Below, in pieces: positions 6,642 to 15,799 of a DNA stretch of 41,672 bases. Made by a program: the position numbers and the translations under genes. The stretch covers positions 1 through 41,672 of the forward strand of contig DASRWH010000322.1 in the NCBI GenBank assembly GCA_035654715.1, written 5' to 3'. This DNA comes from Candidatus Deferrimicrobium sp. GTDB lineage: Bacteria > Bacillota > Desulfitobacteriia > Desulfitobacteriales > JAJXUE01. The first letter of the stretch is position 1. The number at the start of each line of letters is the position of its first letter. The notes below the pieces were generated by a model. That model worked only from the letters and a program-made list of their open reading frames with translations, was not told the DNA's origin and did no database searches.

Positions 6642-7736
6642 TTATAAATCGAAGGTTGTCTTAGAACGGTTTTTATCCGCGTGTCTTTCTATTGCTAGAT
6701 CAATCAACTCACTTAACAACTGGGAATAAGGTATTCCCGTTGCTTCCCATAACTTAGGATACATACTAATTTTAGTAAATCCAGGCAATGTATTTACTTC
6801 ATTGATATAAATTTTGCCCTCTGCTTTCGTAACAAAAAAGTCAACTCGCGACAACCCCGCACAATCTAGTGCTCGAAAAGCCTTTGCTGCAATCTCTTTG
6901 ATTTGTTCACACGCGGCTCCAGAAATCTCCGCTGGAATAATTAAGGCAGAATCACCATCGATATATTTAGCCTTATAATCATAAAACTCATTACAGGGTA
7001 CAATCTCCCCAAGAACGGATATCTTTGGTTCATCATTACCGAGAACTCCTACTTCGATTTCTCGGGCATCAATGAACTCTTCAACCACAATTCGTCTATC
7101 GTACTCGCAAGCCATGTTAATTGCATTGGTGAGTTCCTCGCGATTATGTGCTTTACTAATGCCAACGCTGGAACCCAAATTAGCGGGCTTAACAAAGCAT
7201 GGATAACCCAATTCTTTTTCAACAGAGCTTAGCACTTTTTCTTGATCCTTCTCCCACTCTCTACGCAGCAGACCAACATACCGAGCCTGAGGTAAACCTG
7301 CGGCGGCGAACACACTCTTCATTACTATTTTGTCCATACCAGCGGCAGAGCCGAGTACGCCCGCACCTACATAAGGGATATTAGCTAGTTCAAACAAACC
7401 CTGTACTGTTCCATCCTCACCATATGTACCGTGAAGTACGGGAATTATTACATCAATCTCTGCTAAATCCGCGCCATCACTAAGAGAAAGGAGTTTATTG
7501 GTATTCGGATCAGGAATCATTGTCGCAGGAATTGAATCGCCTTTGAAATCACCCTCTTCGAGAATCTTTGCAGGATCTGCTCCTAAGCGCCAGCTTCCTT
7601 GCTTGGTGATGCCAATGGGAACAATTTCATATTTTTCACGGTCCAAGGCATTTAGAATTGAATTTGCGGAATTGAGGGAAACCTCGTGTTCACCGGACCT
7701 TCCGCCAAACAAAACACCAACACGTAATTTTTTCAA
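6642..7736 (-). CDS. ddl: D-alanine--D-alanine ligase
   Basis: LKKLRVGVLFGGRSGEHEVS N-terminus and ATP-grasp motifs (GYPCFVKPANLGSSVG, EVNTLPGFT). The likely start is TTG 7736 (GGGGG 9 nt upstream). The ORF-track ATG at 7787 adds 17 atypical residues. Confidence 0.93.
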   Translation of the reverse strand: MKKLRVGVLFGGRSGEHEVSLNSANSILNALDREKYEIVPIGITKQGSWRLGADPAKILEEGDFKGDSIPATMIPDPNTNKLLSLSDGADLAEIDVIIPVLHGTYGEDGTVQGLFELANIPYVGAGVLGSAAGMDKIVMKSVFAAAGLPQARYVGLLRREWEKDQEKVLSSVEKELGYPCFVKPANLGSSVGISKAHNREELTNAINMACEYDRRIVVEEFIDAREIEVGVLGNDEPKISVLGEIVPCNEFYDYKAKYIDGDSALIIPAEISGAACEQIKEIAAKAFRALDCAGLSRVDFFVTKAEGKIYINEVNTLPGFTKISMYPKLWEATGIPYSQLLSELIDLAIERHADKNRSKTTFDL

Positions 7737-7959
7737 ACAACTCGCCCCCAGATTTATTATGCAGTCAAGCTTATCTAAGTATATCATTACTATACTCCAT
7801 TGCTTAAGAAAATGTCTCCTCCTTTATAATAAAAATATAATTTTAATTCCATACATTCTATTACACCTCTTCCCTTAGAATATTCTGAAAATGGAGGTTT
7901 TTTTGTATAAGAAGTGGAATAGTTTAACTTAGAGAATATTTAACTAGGAGGAAGTGTGA

Positions 7960-8397
7960 ATGGAAGAGAAAAATCTTCAAGCGCGCAACTCGGCGGGTAA
8001 TAATTTCAAGTCAGGACTCAACTGTGCAGAGTCCGTGGTACATACCTTTAATGAACTATTAGGTACTCCTATGCATGCAGATGCTGTAAAAATGGCTTCT
8101 GGATTTGGAGGTGGCCTAGGACACGCAGGTTGTATCTGTGGTGCTTTAACTGGATCAGTTATGGTACTAGGTATGCTTAAGGGACGTACAGACTCAACGC
8201 AAGACAGGCTGCCTGTTTATGAACTAGCTCGGGAGTTTCACGACCGCTTCCAAACGCAGTTTGGAGCAACATGTTGCAGGAGTCTGAACCCGTACGAATT
8301 CGATTCACCTGAACATCTGCGAAATTGCCTAAAAATAACGGGTGGTACAGCGAAGCTACTAATGGAATATTTAACTGAAAAAGGTCTTTCTCAATAG
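7960..8397 (+). CDS. C_GCAxxG_C_C family putative redox-active protein
   Basis: CAES...GHAGCICGALTG...CCRSL...C pattern. AGGAGG upstream. Confidence 0.8.
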   Translation: MEEKNLQARNSAGNNFKSGLNCAESVVHTFNELLGTPMHADAVKMASGFGGGLGHAGCICGALTGSVMVLGMLKGRTDSTQDRLPVYELAREFHDRFQTQFGATCCRSLNPYEFDSPEHLRNCLKITGGTAKLLMEYLTEKGLSQ

Positions 8398-8425
8398 TAC
8401 ATATATCCTAAAGAGTGACCAACAG

Positions 8426-8465
8426 CAAACCCTCCAGATATTTTGAGTCTGGAGGGTTTGTTTTA
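8426..8465. terminator. Bidirectional terminator
   Basis: 13-bp perfect stem caaaccctccaga / tctggagggtttg followed by tttt. Confidence 0.75.
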
Positions 8466-8945
8466 TTGGCAATACATATATCGAAAGAATTCTCCCATCA
8501 GGCCCCAGGTTGAAAGCTTTTTAGCTACCTCCGAAGACAGACTTCTCATTTCCAACCTTGAATTTGTTAATGCTGAAGTGGGAAGAGGGTCATTAGGTGC
8601 CAATTGTACAGCTCTGAGCAATAACTCTTGACCCTCAATCTGTAGATTAGCATACCCGTGGAAATGTGATAACAAATACCCTACGACCCAACAAAAATCA
8701 ACATTATCTTTATAAACTGGTAGAGATATTGTAAATAAAGTCCGGAAACATTTCACCCAATCCCGGGATCCGTCATCATTTGTTAGATATCCCGGTTCAT
8801 TAAACATGAACCAATAAAGAAACATAGTTCGCATCACAGTCTCCAGATCGTCGCAACCAGCGTCAATTCGTTCCTCCAAAAGGTAAAGTGCCTCTGTAAT
8901 TCCGTTTTGTTCTTCTATATAACTAATTTCAGTTAATTCTTTCAA
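8463..8945 (-). CDS. Hypothetical 160-aa cytoplasmic protein, no family recognised
   Basis: Clean ORF bounded by a terminator. Helical, Trp/Phe-rich composition. Confidence 0.55.
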   Translation of the reverse strand: MKELTEISYIEEQNGITEALYLLEERIDAGCDDLETVMRTMFLYWFMFNEPGYLTNDDGSRDWVKCFRTLFTISLPVYKDNVDFCWVVGYLLSHFHGYANLQIEGQELLLRAVQLAPNDPLPTSALTNSRLEMRSLSSEVAKKLSTWGLMGEFFRYMYCQ

Positions 8946-9066
8946 GTCAGTAAATCACCTTTTCTAACTTTGACATAAGTAAATATTTTCAAGCAATAAT
9001 CTGTACTCACTAAGAAAATAATACTTAATGCTCAGCAAAAATTGAACAGGGAGGTTTAAACTAGTT

Positions 9067-9288
9067 ATGGAAAATACAAATCCATCAGGAAATGTTAAAA
9101 AACTTAGTGCTACAAACCTGCATATTTTAGAGGACGAACTAGGACATGAGTCAGTACTTGTTCACAAGTACCAACAGGCTGCAGACATGTGCACAGATCC
9201 TCAACTAAAACAGCTTTGTAGTTCCGTAGCCCAAAAGCATACAAATCATTTTAATACCTTGTACGACTATTTGAATTCACATCAATAA
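9067..9288 (+). CDS. Small helical protein, probable coat-F-related/ferritin-like partner of the next gene
   Basis: GGGAGG SD. 13-nt gap to the next ORF. Weak resemblance to Coat F repeats. Confidence 0.55.
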   Translation: MENTNPSGNVKKLSATNLHILEDELGHESVLVHKYQQAADMCTDPQLKQLCSSVAQKHTNHFNTLYDYLNSHQ

Positions 9289-9301
9289 GGAGGATGACTA
9301 A

Positions 9302-9571
9302 ATGCAAACCAGATTAACAGAGCAAGAAATCATGACAGACCTGCTCTCGAGTGAAAAACATACCACTATGACCTATGATACATTTATTTCTGAGACTGAC
9401 TGTTCAAATCTTAGAAGTACACTGCAAGGAATACAACAAGATGAGCAAACCATCCATGCAGATTTATTCAATGCCATGAAACAGCGCGGTTGGTACAATC
9501 CACCTAAAGCGGAAGTCCAAGCGGTGCAAAATGCCAAGACCAAATTCACTCAAGTTAAAGGTCAACTCTAA
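9302..9571 (+). CDS. Spore coat protein, CotF (Coat_F) family
   Basis: LTEQEIMTDLLSSEKHTTMTYDTFISET...LRSTLQGIQQDEQTIHADLFNAMKQRGWY matches the Coat F pattern. AGGAGG SD. Confidence 0.8.
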   Translation: MQTRLTEQEIMTDLLSSEKHTTMTYDTFISETDCSNLRSTLQGIQQDEQTIHADLFNAMKQRGWYNPPKAEVQAVQNAKTKFTQVKGQL

Positions 9572-9585
9572 AAAAGCTAGATAAT

Positions 9586-9630
9586 AAGAAGGAGACTTCT
9601 GCCTATAGGGAGGAAGTCTCCTTCTTTCTT
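9586..9630. terminator. Bidirectional terminator between cotF-like and lepB
   Basis: 14-bp perfect stem aagaaggagacttc / gaagtctccttctt. Confidence 0.8.
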
Positions 9631-10159
9631 AGTGAGCTAATCGCCCGAAACTGTTAAAAGGCCAGTACCTAAACAGTGCTCTCCCTGTAATATTCTCCGC
9701 GGGAAGAATACCCCATTCATGACTATCTGCACTATTGTTTCTATTATCACCCATAACGAAATATGCTCCTGCAGGTATTATCTGTGGACCATAATTATAC
9801 TTTGGGGCCTCTGCTATGTACGGTTCAACCAATGGTTGGTCATTGATATAGACCTTTTGGTTTTTCACCTCTAGCTTATCGCCTGGCAAACCAATTACCC
9901 TCTTAATAAAGTCCTCAGTTGCAAATGCCTTTGCAGGTGGGTGGAAGACAACAACATCCCCTCTTTTTAAGCTAGACCACTTAAAAAAAAGTTTATCAAC
10001 CACTACTCGGTCCTGGAGTTGGATTGTAGGTAGCATAGAACCAGTAGGTATTACTCTCGCTTCAACAACAAAACTCCTCAGAACCCATGACAAAATCAGG
10101 GCTATAACAACTATCTCTACTATCTCCAATATTGATTTGCCAAAACTATTTTTTTCCAA
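9629..10159 (-). CDS. lepB: Signal peptidase I
   Basis: GSMLPT (Ser), KRVIGLPGD (Lys) and GDNRNNSADSH boxes. The likely start is TTG 10159 (AGGAGG 9 nt upstream). The ORF track extends to 10210 without an SD. Confidence 0.9.
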   Translation of the reverse strand: MEKNSFGKSILEIVEIVVIALILSWVLRSFVVEARVIPTGSMLPTIQLQDRVVVDKLFFKWSSLKRGDVVVFHPPAKAFATEDFIKRVIGLPGDKLEVKNQKVYINDQPLVEPYIAEAPKYNYGPQIIPAGAYFVMGDNRNNSADSHEWGILPAENITGRALFRYWPFNSFGRLAH

Positions 10160-10187
10160 TGGACTCTTCCTCCTCTTAGTGGCCTGC

Positions 10188-10667
10188 TTAAAGAACCACC
10201 TTTGCGACAAACAATAAAATCATTGTCAAACTTATAACTAGTTTGACAATAGTGCTTCCCAATAGGCCTACCAACGTACCCCACCCAACACTTAATGCTT
10301 TATCCGTACTATTACCGCTACACATCTCTCCAATAACAGCACCCAACAACGGCCCTAAGAGGATACCTAAAGGTGGCGCAATAAAAACACCAATTATTCC
10401 ACCGACTATAGACCCCCAAATTCCCAGACGAGAAGCCCCATATTTCTTAGCACCATATAAACTCCCTAGATAATCAGCAACTACTGACAGCATGGTTAAT
10501 AAGCCCATTATAAGAATAAACCAGATTCCCAAAGAGGTAAAGTGATTATAGAAGCCATATCCGAGAATAGCTAAAAAAATTATTGGCGTACCGGGTAAAA
10601 TCGGAAGTATATTACCAACAAGTCCTATGAGCATAATAATTAGGGCCAGCCAAAATCCCAAGTTCAT
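10188..10667 (-). CDS. DUF456 (YqgC-like) membrane protein
   Basis: MNLGFWLALIIMLIGLVGNILPILPGTP... Four TM helices. Start ATG 10667 (GGGGAGG upstream) removes the overlap with ynbB. Confidence 0.8.
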   Translation of the reverse strand: MNLGFWLALIIMLIGLVGNILPILPGTPIIFLAILGYGFYNHFTSLGIWFILIMGLLTMLSVVADYLGSLYGAKKYGASRLGIWGSIVGGIIGVFIAPPLGILLGPLLGAVIGEMCSGNSTDKALSVGWGTLVGLLGSTIVKLVISLTMILLFVAKVVL

Positions 10668-10701
10668 TGCGGGCCTCCCCACCTTTATATGTATACTTAG
10701 T

Positions 10702-11997
10702 TTACAACTTGAGTATACCCTTGTCCAACAAACTTTGTGCTGCAAGGAGTACCCCAAGCTTTACATAGTTATAGGACAATCCACCCTGCAGGTAAACAGC
10801 ATACGGTTCTCTGAGTGGCCCGTCCGCTGAAAGTTCACTTGTAGCTCCCTGCACAAAGGTTCCTCCCGCCATTATTACCTGGTCGCCATAACCAGGCATG
10901 CCCGAGGGCTCAGGCACTACATAGGCATCAATGGGTGAGCCCTTTTGTAAGCCCTGACAAAAAGCTATCATTCCCTCAGGAGTACCAAGTTTAATTGCTT
11001 GGATCAAGTCCGTGCGCTCCTCCGTAAAATTCGGGCTAACTTCAAAGCCAAGGCCCGCGAACAAAGATGCTGCAAAGATGGCTCCTGAAACGGCTTCACG
11101 CACCACTACTGGAGAAAGATATAGTCCCTGGTATAATAACCTGTTGATGCCAAGAGTTGCACCCACCGCACTGCCAATGCCTGGTGCAGTCAGCCGATTG
11201 GCTGCTAGGTCAACGTAGGCGGACTTACCTGCTACATAACCGCCAATGGGTGCAATTCCCCCACCTAAGTTTTTAATCAGAGAACCTGCTACAAGGTCAG
11301 CACCAACTTCTGTCGGTTCTTGCTTTTCGACCAACTCACCATAGCAGTTATCCACAAAAACGACAATATTAGGATTAACAGCTTTAACTACGTCAATTAT
11401 TCCTTTAATTCCGTTAATATCTATCGAGCGTCGCCAAGCATAGCCCCTAGAACGCTGTATTGCTACTAACCTTGTCATCGGTGTGATAGCCGCGGCAATT
11501 TTCTCTAGTTGGGGCTTACCTTCACTATCTAAGTCTACCTGCCTGTAGCTCACCCCCAGGTCTTTCAAAGACCCTCCTGCATCCCCTCGAATCCCAATCA
11601 ACTCTTCAAGTGTATCGTAAGGGGTACCTGTAACAGATAACATTTCATCCCCCGGGCGCAAAACACCATACAAACATAGGGCGATGGCATGAGTACCAGA
11701 AACAATTTGGCTTCGAACCAACGCTTTTTCAGCCATGAAGATTCTTGCAACAACTCTCTCTAAATTATCCCTGCCTTCGTCCCCTAAGCCGTACCCATTG
11801 GTACCGTTAAAATGATAATCGTTAACTCGCTCCGCTTGAAATGCACTCAGAACTTTAGCATGGTTATATTCTGAAACCTCAGTTAACTTAGCCAACGCAG
11901 GTTCGATGCTTTTTTCCGCCTCCGCTGCGCAAGCCAAAATACGCTGGTCAATTTGATAATCGAACAATTGCACTGATTCTTTCTCCAATCTTAACAA
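10702..11997 (-). CDS. ynbB: PLP-dependent C-S lyase-like protein (YnbB / 'aluminium resistance' family)
   Basis: 431 aa. Overlaps the hflX stop by 7 nt, reproducing the B. subtilis hflX(ynbA)-ynbB pairing. Assignment rests on family resemblance and synteny. Confidence 0.8.
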   Translation of the reverse strand: MLRLEKESVQLFDYQIDQRILACAAEAEKSIEPALAKLTEVSEYNHAKVLSAFQAERVNDYHFNGTNGYGLGDEGRDNLERVVARIFMAEKALVRSQIVSGTHAIALCLYGVLRPGDEMLSVTGTPYDTLEELIGIRGDAGGSLKDLGVSYRQVDLDSEGKPQLEKIAAAITPMTRLVAIQRSRGYAWRRSIDINGIKGIIDVVKAVNPNIVVFVDNCYGELVEKQEPTEVGADLVAGSLIKNLGGGIAPIGGYVAGKSAYVDLAANRLTAPGIGSAVGATLGINRLLYQGLYLSPVVVREAVSGAIFAASLFAGLGFEVSPNFTEERTDLIQAIKLGTPEGMIAFCQGLQKGSPIDAYVVPEPSGMPGYGDQVIMAGGTFVQGATSELSADGPLREPYAVYLQGGLSYNYVKLGVLLAAQSLLDKGILKL

Positions 11998-13838
11998 GTA
12001 GTGTACTGTTTCAAGAGTCCTGCCAACCTTGGGTTAACTAGAGCCCGCACGTTGACCCCTTCTGCCAAATATTCGAGTTCCACAACATCACCCTCTTGAT
12101 GTACTTGAGATAGCAATTCTCCCCTGTCAAAGGGAATGAGTGCTCTGACCTCCAGTTGACTGGGTAACAGCAAGTTCAGTTGCTCCCTTAACCCATCTAA
12201 CCCCATTCCGGTAATGGCAGAAATTTTTACAGTGTTCGGATATTGCCTGTATATAGTCTGAAATTCCTCTGTTTCATCGGCCTTATCTAGTTTATTAAAG
12301 GCTATAAGTGTAGATTTGTCACCTGCCCCTAGATCCGTTAGAACCTTCTCAACTGCCTTCATTTGCTCCGCCATTCCCGTATGGCTGGAGTCCACTACAT
12401 GTAGCAACAGATCAGCTTGAACGACCTCCTCAAGCGTAGCGCGGAAGGCTGCGACCAGATGGTGAGGTAATTTCCGCACAAATCCAACAGTATCAGTTAA
12501 GAGTATTTCCCTGTTTCCATTAAGTCGCATTTTCCGGGTAACTGGATCCAAGGTCGCAAACAGTTTATCCTCAGCAAACACATCAGAATCAGTTAGTTTA
12601 TTTAATAGGGTGCTTTTTCCGGCATTAGTATACCCTACAAGAGCTACGACCGGTATTTCCTGACGCTTAGTTCGCTGTAAACTTCTATGTTTTTTGACGC
12701 CCTCAAGTTCTGCTTCTAATTCCACAATCCGTTTACGGATATGACGTCTATCAGTCTCTAATTTTGTTTCTCCTGGTCCCCTGGTTCCAATTCCCCCGCC
12801 CAAGCGAGATAACACTGTACCTAAGCCCGTTAGGCGTGGGAGTAAATACTTAAGCTGGGCAAGTTCGACTTGAATCTTTCCTTCTCTGGTTTTAGCTCTG
12901 CCAGCAAAGATGTCCAATATTAAAGTTGTTCGGTCTAAAATTTTGCATCCTACCAAAATTTCTAGATTACGGGTTTGGGCGGGAGAAAGTTCATCATCAA
13001 ATATCAAACATGTTGCACCTGATTCTTGTGCCAACCTACTCAATTCTTGGGCCTTTCCGTGTCCTATGAAAGTTGCTGTGTCAGGTTTGGTTCGCTTCTG
13101 GGTAGCTGAGTCCAAGATTACGGCACCCGCAGTTCGAGACAATTCTGCCAATTCAGCTAACGAATCGTCAGTTGTCCAGCCGTTCTCACCTCTGTCAAGC
13201 GCAACAAGCAGGGCCCTATCCTCTTCCTTATCATTTGTCATTATCGAACTACCGGCTTGTTTATCGATAAGCATGGCAATAGATAAAAATGGGTGTTCCT
13301 CACAGTTTGAATAATCTAATTCAAATAGTGTTACATCCTTACCTAGACCGCCATTATTGGGTTGAAGATAGGCAACATTGATTAGTCCAGGACATCCATG
13401 TCTAACCTCCAGGGCGGCCATGCAATCCAGTTTTAGACTTGCTAAAGAGGTCAAGTCTAAAGTGCTCAAGGTCGCAGGACTTTCGGGATGAGTATGTATA
13501 CAGCGAATTCCGCTCAGCCGACTTATGTCTTTGCGACCTTTAACTTCAGGTAAACTAACGGTTGCATGGTCGCCAATCGCAACTTGTACAACCTGACCAC
13601 GGCGATTAATGTAAACGGCAATTTCCCGACCAATTTCCCCGGTAAAAAAGGCTAAGGTGTTCAATAATTCTTGAGATGCTAACTGAGTTTTGTCCACCGT
13701 AAGTTCATACAACTCTGTTATCTCAGCCAATATTGTAGCTCTTATTCCTGTGAGATTACCTTTTAGTTCCTGCTTCAAGAAATCCTCCATATTCACCGCA
13801 TGGCAGCTGCAACACTTGTGAAACAAAATACTTTGCAA
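11991..13838 (-). CDS. hflX: GTPase HflX with a ~200-aa N-terminal extension
   Basis: G1 GYTNAGKST, G3 DTVGF, G4 NKLD. HflX N-domain starts near aa 207 (DRALLVAL). The start is uncertain (ATG 13838 or ATG 13790, both with weak SD). Confidence 0.9.
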   Translation of the reverse strand: MQSILFHKCCSCHAVNMEDFLKQELKGNLTGIRATILAEITELYELTVDKTQLASQELLNTLAFFTGEIGREIAVYINRRGQVVQVAIGDHATVSLPEVKGRKDISRLSGIRCIHTHPESPATLSTLDLTSLASLKLDCMAALEVRHGCPGLINVAYLQPNNGGLGKDVTLFELDYSNCEEHPFLSIAMLIDKQAGSSIMTNDKEEDRALLVALDRGENGWTTDDSLAELAELSRTAGAVILDSATQKRTKPDTATFIGHGKAQELSRLAQESGATCLIFDDELSPAQTRNLEILVGCKILDRTTLILDIFAGRAKTREGKIQVELAQLKYLLPRLTGLGTVLSRLGGGIGTRGPGETKLETDRRHIRKRIVELEAELEGVKKHRSLQRTKRQEIPVVALVGYTNAGKSTLLNKLTDSDVFAEDKLFATLDPVTRKMRLNGNREILLTDTVGFVRKLPHHLVAAFRATLEEVVQADLLLHVVDSSHTGMAEQMKAVEKVLTDLGAGDKSTLIAFNKLDKADETEEFQTIYRQYPNTVKISAITGMGLDGLREQLNLLLPSQLEVRALIPFDRGELLSQVHQEGDVVELEYLAEGVNVRALVNPRLAGLLKQYTTC

Positions 13839-13883
13839 GACAAAAGATTTGCAACTACCTGCACAACATTAGCTCTACTTTTC

Positions 13884-13918
13884 TACAAAATACTCCAACC
13901 CGCGAGAGGTTGGAGTAT
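13884..13918 (-). terminator. Terminator after the 112-aa membrane protein gene
   Basis: atactccaacc / ggttggagtat stem. UUUUG tail on the minus strand. Confidence 0.6.
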
Positions 13919-13953
13919 CAATACCCTATTATACCAATTAATCTATCCTTTGG

Positions 13954-14292
13954 CTACGGATGGGTTGGGTTTGCAATTAAGAGTACGACCAGACCCAGGA
14001 AAATATATATGCTAAGTACTATGCTTTGAGAAAACCATGAACCCCTGCCGAAACCCGGAACCCAACGACGCATTTGCAAAAAATTGAACCCAGTTCCTAA
14101 CAGAAGCATTGCCAGAATAAGCACTGCCAGAGCGCCAATGTTTTTGGTCACCCCTGCAATTAAGCTAAGTGTTAACATAGCTAAAGCAAAGATCCACTTG
14201 ACTGTCTGTAAGCCGAATAGCAAATAGTACTGCACTAACTCCTTTTTTGTTCTAGGACCCGTGGACCTTATTGTGTAATACAAGACACGCAC
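13954..14292 (-). CDS. Small membrane protein (3 TM), unknown function
   Basis: Hydrophobic ORF. GGAGGTG overlaps the GTG at 14292, so TTG 14283 is the more likely start. Confidence 0.6.
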   Translation of the reverse strand: MRVLYYTIRSTGPRTKKELVQYYLLFGLQTVKWIFALAMLTLSLIAGVTKNIGALAVLILAMLLLGTGFNFLQMRRWVPGFGRGSWFSQSIVLSIYIFLGLVVLLIANPTHP

Positions 14293-14349
14293 CTCCGAGA
14301 ATGAGATAATTGTGCCTTCATATTATTCCCAGACAGGAAAGTTGTATGC

Positions 14350-15345
14350 TTAATAATCCCCTTCCCTGAAGTCAATCGGAACTATTGTTAAAAGATCATC
14401 CCTGGACACCTCGACCTTTTTAAAAAGTCGCACCGCTTGGCGACGAATAGCCTTCTCAATTATATTTCTCACCAAGCGAGCATTACCTGAATGTTCATGT
14501 CCATGAAGTAACTGATCTGCCAAAAGGCGTCTCAACTCCAGCCGAGCGTCTACGGTTACTCGGTATTGACGTTTTGCTAGCATGTTGTCCGCAATCTCCA
14601 ACAATTCTTCGATAGTGTAGTCGGGAAAATCGATATGAATCGGAAAACGGGAGCGGAGTCCAGGATTAGTTTGTAAAAACCAATCCATTTCGTCCTTATA
14701 CCCCGCTAAGATTAGAATAAGATTATCCTTCTGATCTTCCATAGCCTTAACCAATGCATCTATAGCTTCCTTGCCAAAATCCTTTTCACCACCGCGAGCT
14801 AAAGAGTACGCCTCATCGATGAAAAGGACCCCACCCAGAGCTCGCTTTGTATGTTCACGAGTTTTTTGGGCAGTGTGTCCAATATATTCTCCCACAAGGT
14901 CTGCTCTCTCAACTTCAATAACATGACCTTTTTGCAATACTCCAATTTCCTTAAACAACTTGCCAACAATTCTAGCGACAGTGGTTTTTCCGGTTCCAGG
15001 GTTACCTCGAAAGATCATATGTAAAACTATCGGCTCCGCAACAAGTTTTTCCTTGCAACGACGCTTTTGAATTTCTACAAAAGCCTGTATTTCTCTAATC
15101 AATTTCTTTACAGTACTTAGCCCAATTAGGGCTTCCAGCTCTTGAAGTACTTCTTGAAGTTTCTCTTTCTGCTCGACATTGGAGGGGTTAACTTTCTCGA
15201 TTGGCTTAAACATGGAAAAACCCCTAGATGGGGGCGGGTTATGTTCTTCTAGCTTGGTATATTGAACAACAGGCTCAACTTTGGGGCGGTTAAACCGAAC
15301 TTTTATTTCCAATCTATCTTGCACCTCCCCAAAGTTATATAACAA
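14350..15345 (-). CDS. spoVK: Stage V sporulation protein K (AAA+ ATPase, CbbX-like)
   Basis: Walker A GNPGTGKTT and Walker B LFIDEAY. Strong resemblance to B. subtilis SpoVK through the ATPase core. An alternative start is TTG 15312 (GGGGAGGTG 9 nt upstream). Confidence 0.9.
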   Translation of the reverse strand: MLYNFGEVQDRLEIKVRFNRPKVEPVVQYTKLEEHNPPPSRGFSMFKPIEKVNPSNVEQKEKLQEVLQELEALIGLSTVKKLIREIQAFVEIQKRRCKEKLVAEPIVLHMIFRGNPGTGKTTVARIVGKLFKEIGVLQKGHVIEVERADLVGEYIGHTAQKTREHTKRALGGVLFIDEAYSLARGGEKDFGKEAIDALVKAMEDQKDNLILILAGYKDEMDWFLQTNPGLRSRFPIHIDFPDYTIEELLEIADNMLAKRQYRVTVDARLELRRLLADQLLHGHEHSGNARLVRNIIEKAIRRQAVRLFKKVEVSRDDLLTIVPIDFREGDY

Positions 15346-15413
15346 TTATACGCAACCTCAAGGGAAAAGTGACCAGAAAGGCTTAAGTAAACACTAATTA
15401 CTATAAACCAAAT

Positions 15414-15450
15414 AAAAGTTCCCCGTCTCCTAGCTGACGGGGAACTTTTT
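15414..15450 (-). terminator. Terminator hairpin (structurally bidirectional)
   Basis: 14-bp stem aaaagttccccgtc / gacggggaactttt. Confidence 0.7.
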
Positions 15451-15511
15451 ACTTATCAAGGGTAAAATCCAACATTCTACGGATGATCAAATGGTTTACC
15501 TTAGAGGTAAC

Positions 15512-15652
15512 CTACTGAACTTCGCTTGGTTTTGTGTAGGCCAATAAGATGACTTCCTTAGAATTGTTGTCAAGCTGACTATTTATGTCAGACTCCACTG
15601 CCCTAATTTGTTGTAACTGGCTTTGATTTAAATCAGCGAAGCTTCTCTGCAT
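15512..15652 (-). CDS. Possible unannotated 46-aa ORF (49 aa from TTG 15661): MQRSFADLNQSQLQQIRAVESDINSQLDNNSKEVILLAYTKPSEVQ
   Basis: Below the ORF-track cutoff. Translated by hand. GGTGGTGAG lies upstream. It sits between two terminators (15414-15450 and 15755-15794) with a TATAAT at about 15726-15731. Confidence 0.3.
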   Translation of the reverse strand: MQRSFADLNQSQLQQIRAVESDINSQLDNNSKEVILLAYTKPSEVQ

Positions 15653-15754
15653 ATTGCTCAAAATTCTCACCACCCTTCAATATCTGCCTGAAACAGCACA
15701 CAAAGCTCGTATGCAATATGGTGTATTATAACCAACCCTTAGGATTTGTATTAA

Positions 15755-15794
15755 AATAAACAATGCGCAAACCCGCAACCGGGTTTGCGCATTG
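15755..15794 (-). terminator. Terminator after the 219-aa gene
   Basis: caatgcgcaaaccc / gggtttgcgcattg stem with a T-rich tail on the minus strand. Confidence 0.75.
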
Positions 15795-15799
15795 TCTAT

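Noticed and set aside
9067-9571. Two small adjacent genes considered as a toxin-antitoxin pair
   Set aside because: The second gene clearly matches the Coat F spore-coat pattern and the first looks related. No toxin or antitoxin motifs are present.
12910-13314. 134-aa ORF antisense to hflX. The same class includes 7498-7878 (anti-ddl), 18663-18998 and 18710-19012 (anti-typA), 33988-34383 and 35659-36033 (anti-glucan synthase), 40545-40907 (anti-permease) and 4699-5037 (alternate frame of the M23 gene).
   Set aside because: These are shadow ORFs fully embedded in well-supported genes. They have no SD, are Ser/Pro/Arg-rich with low complexity, and recall no family.
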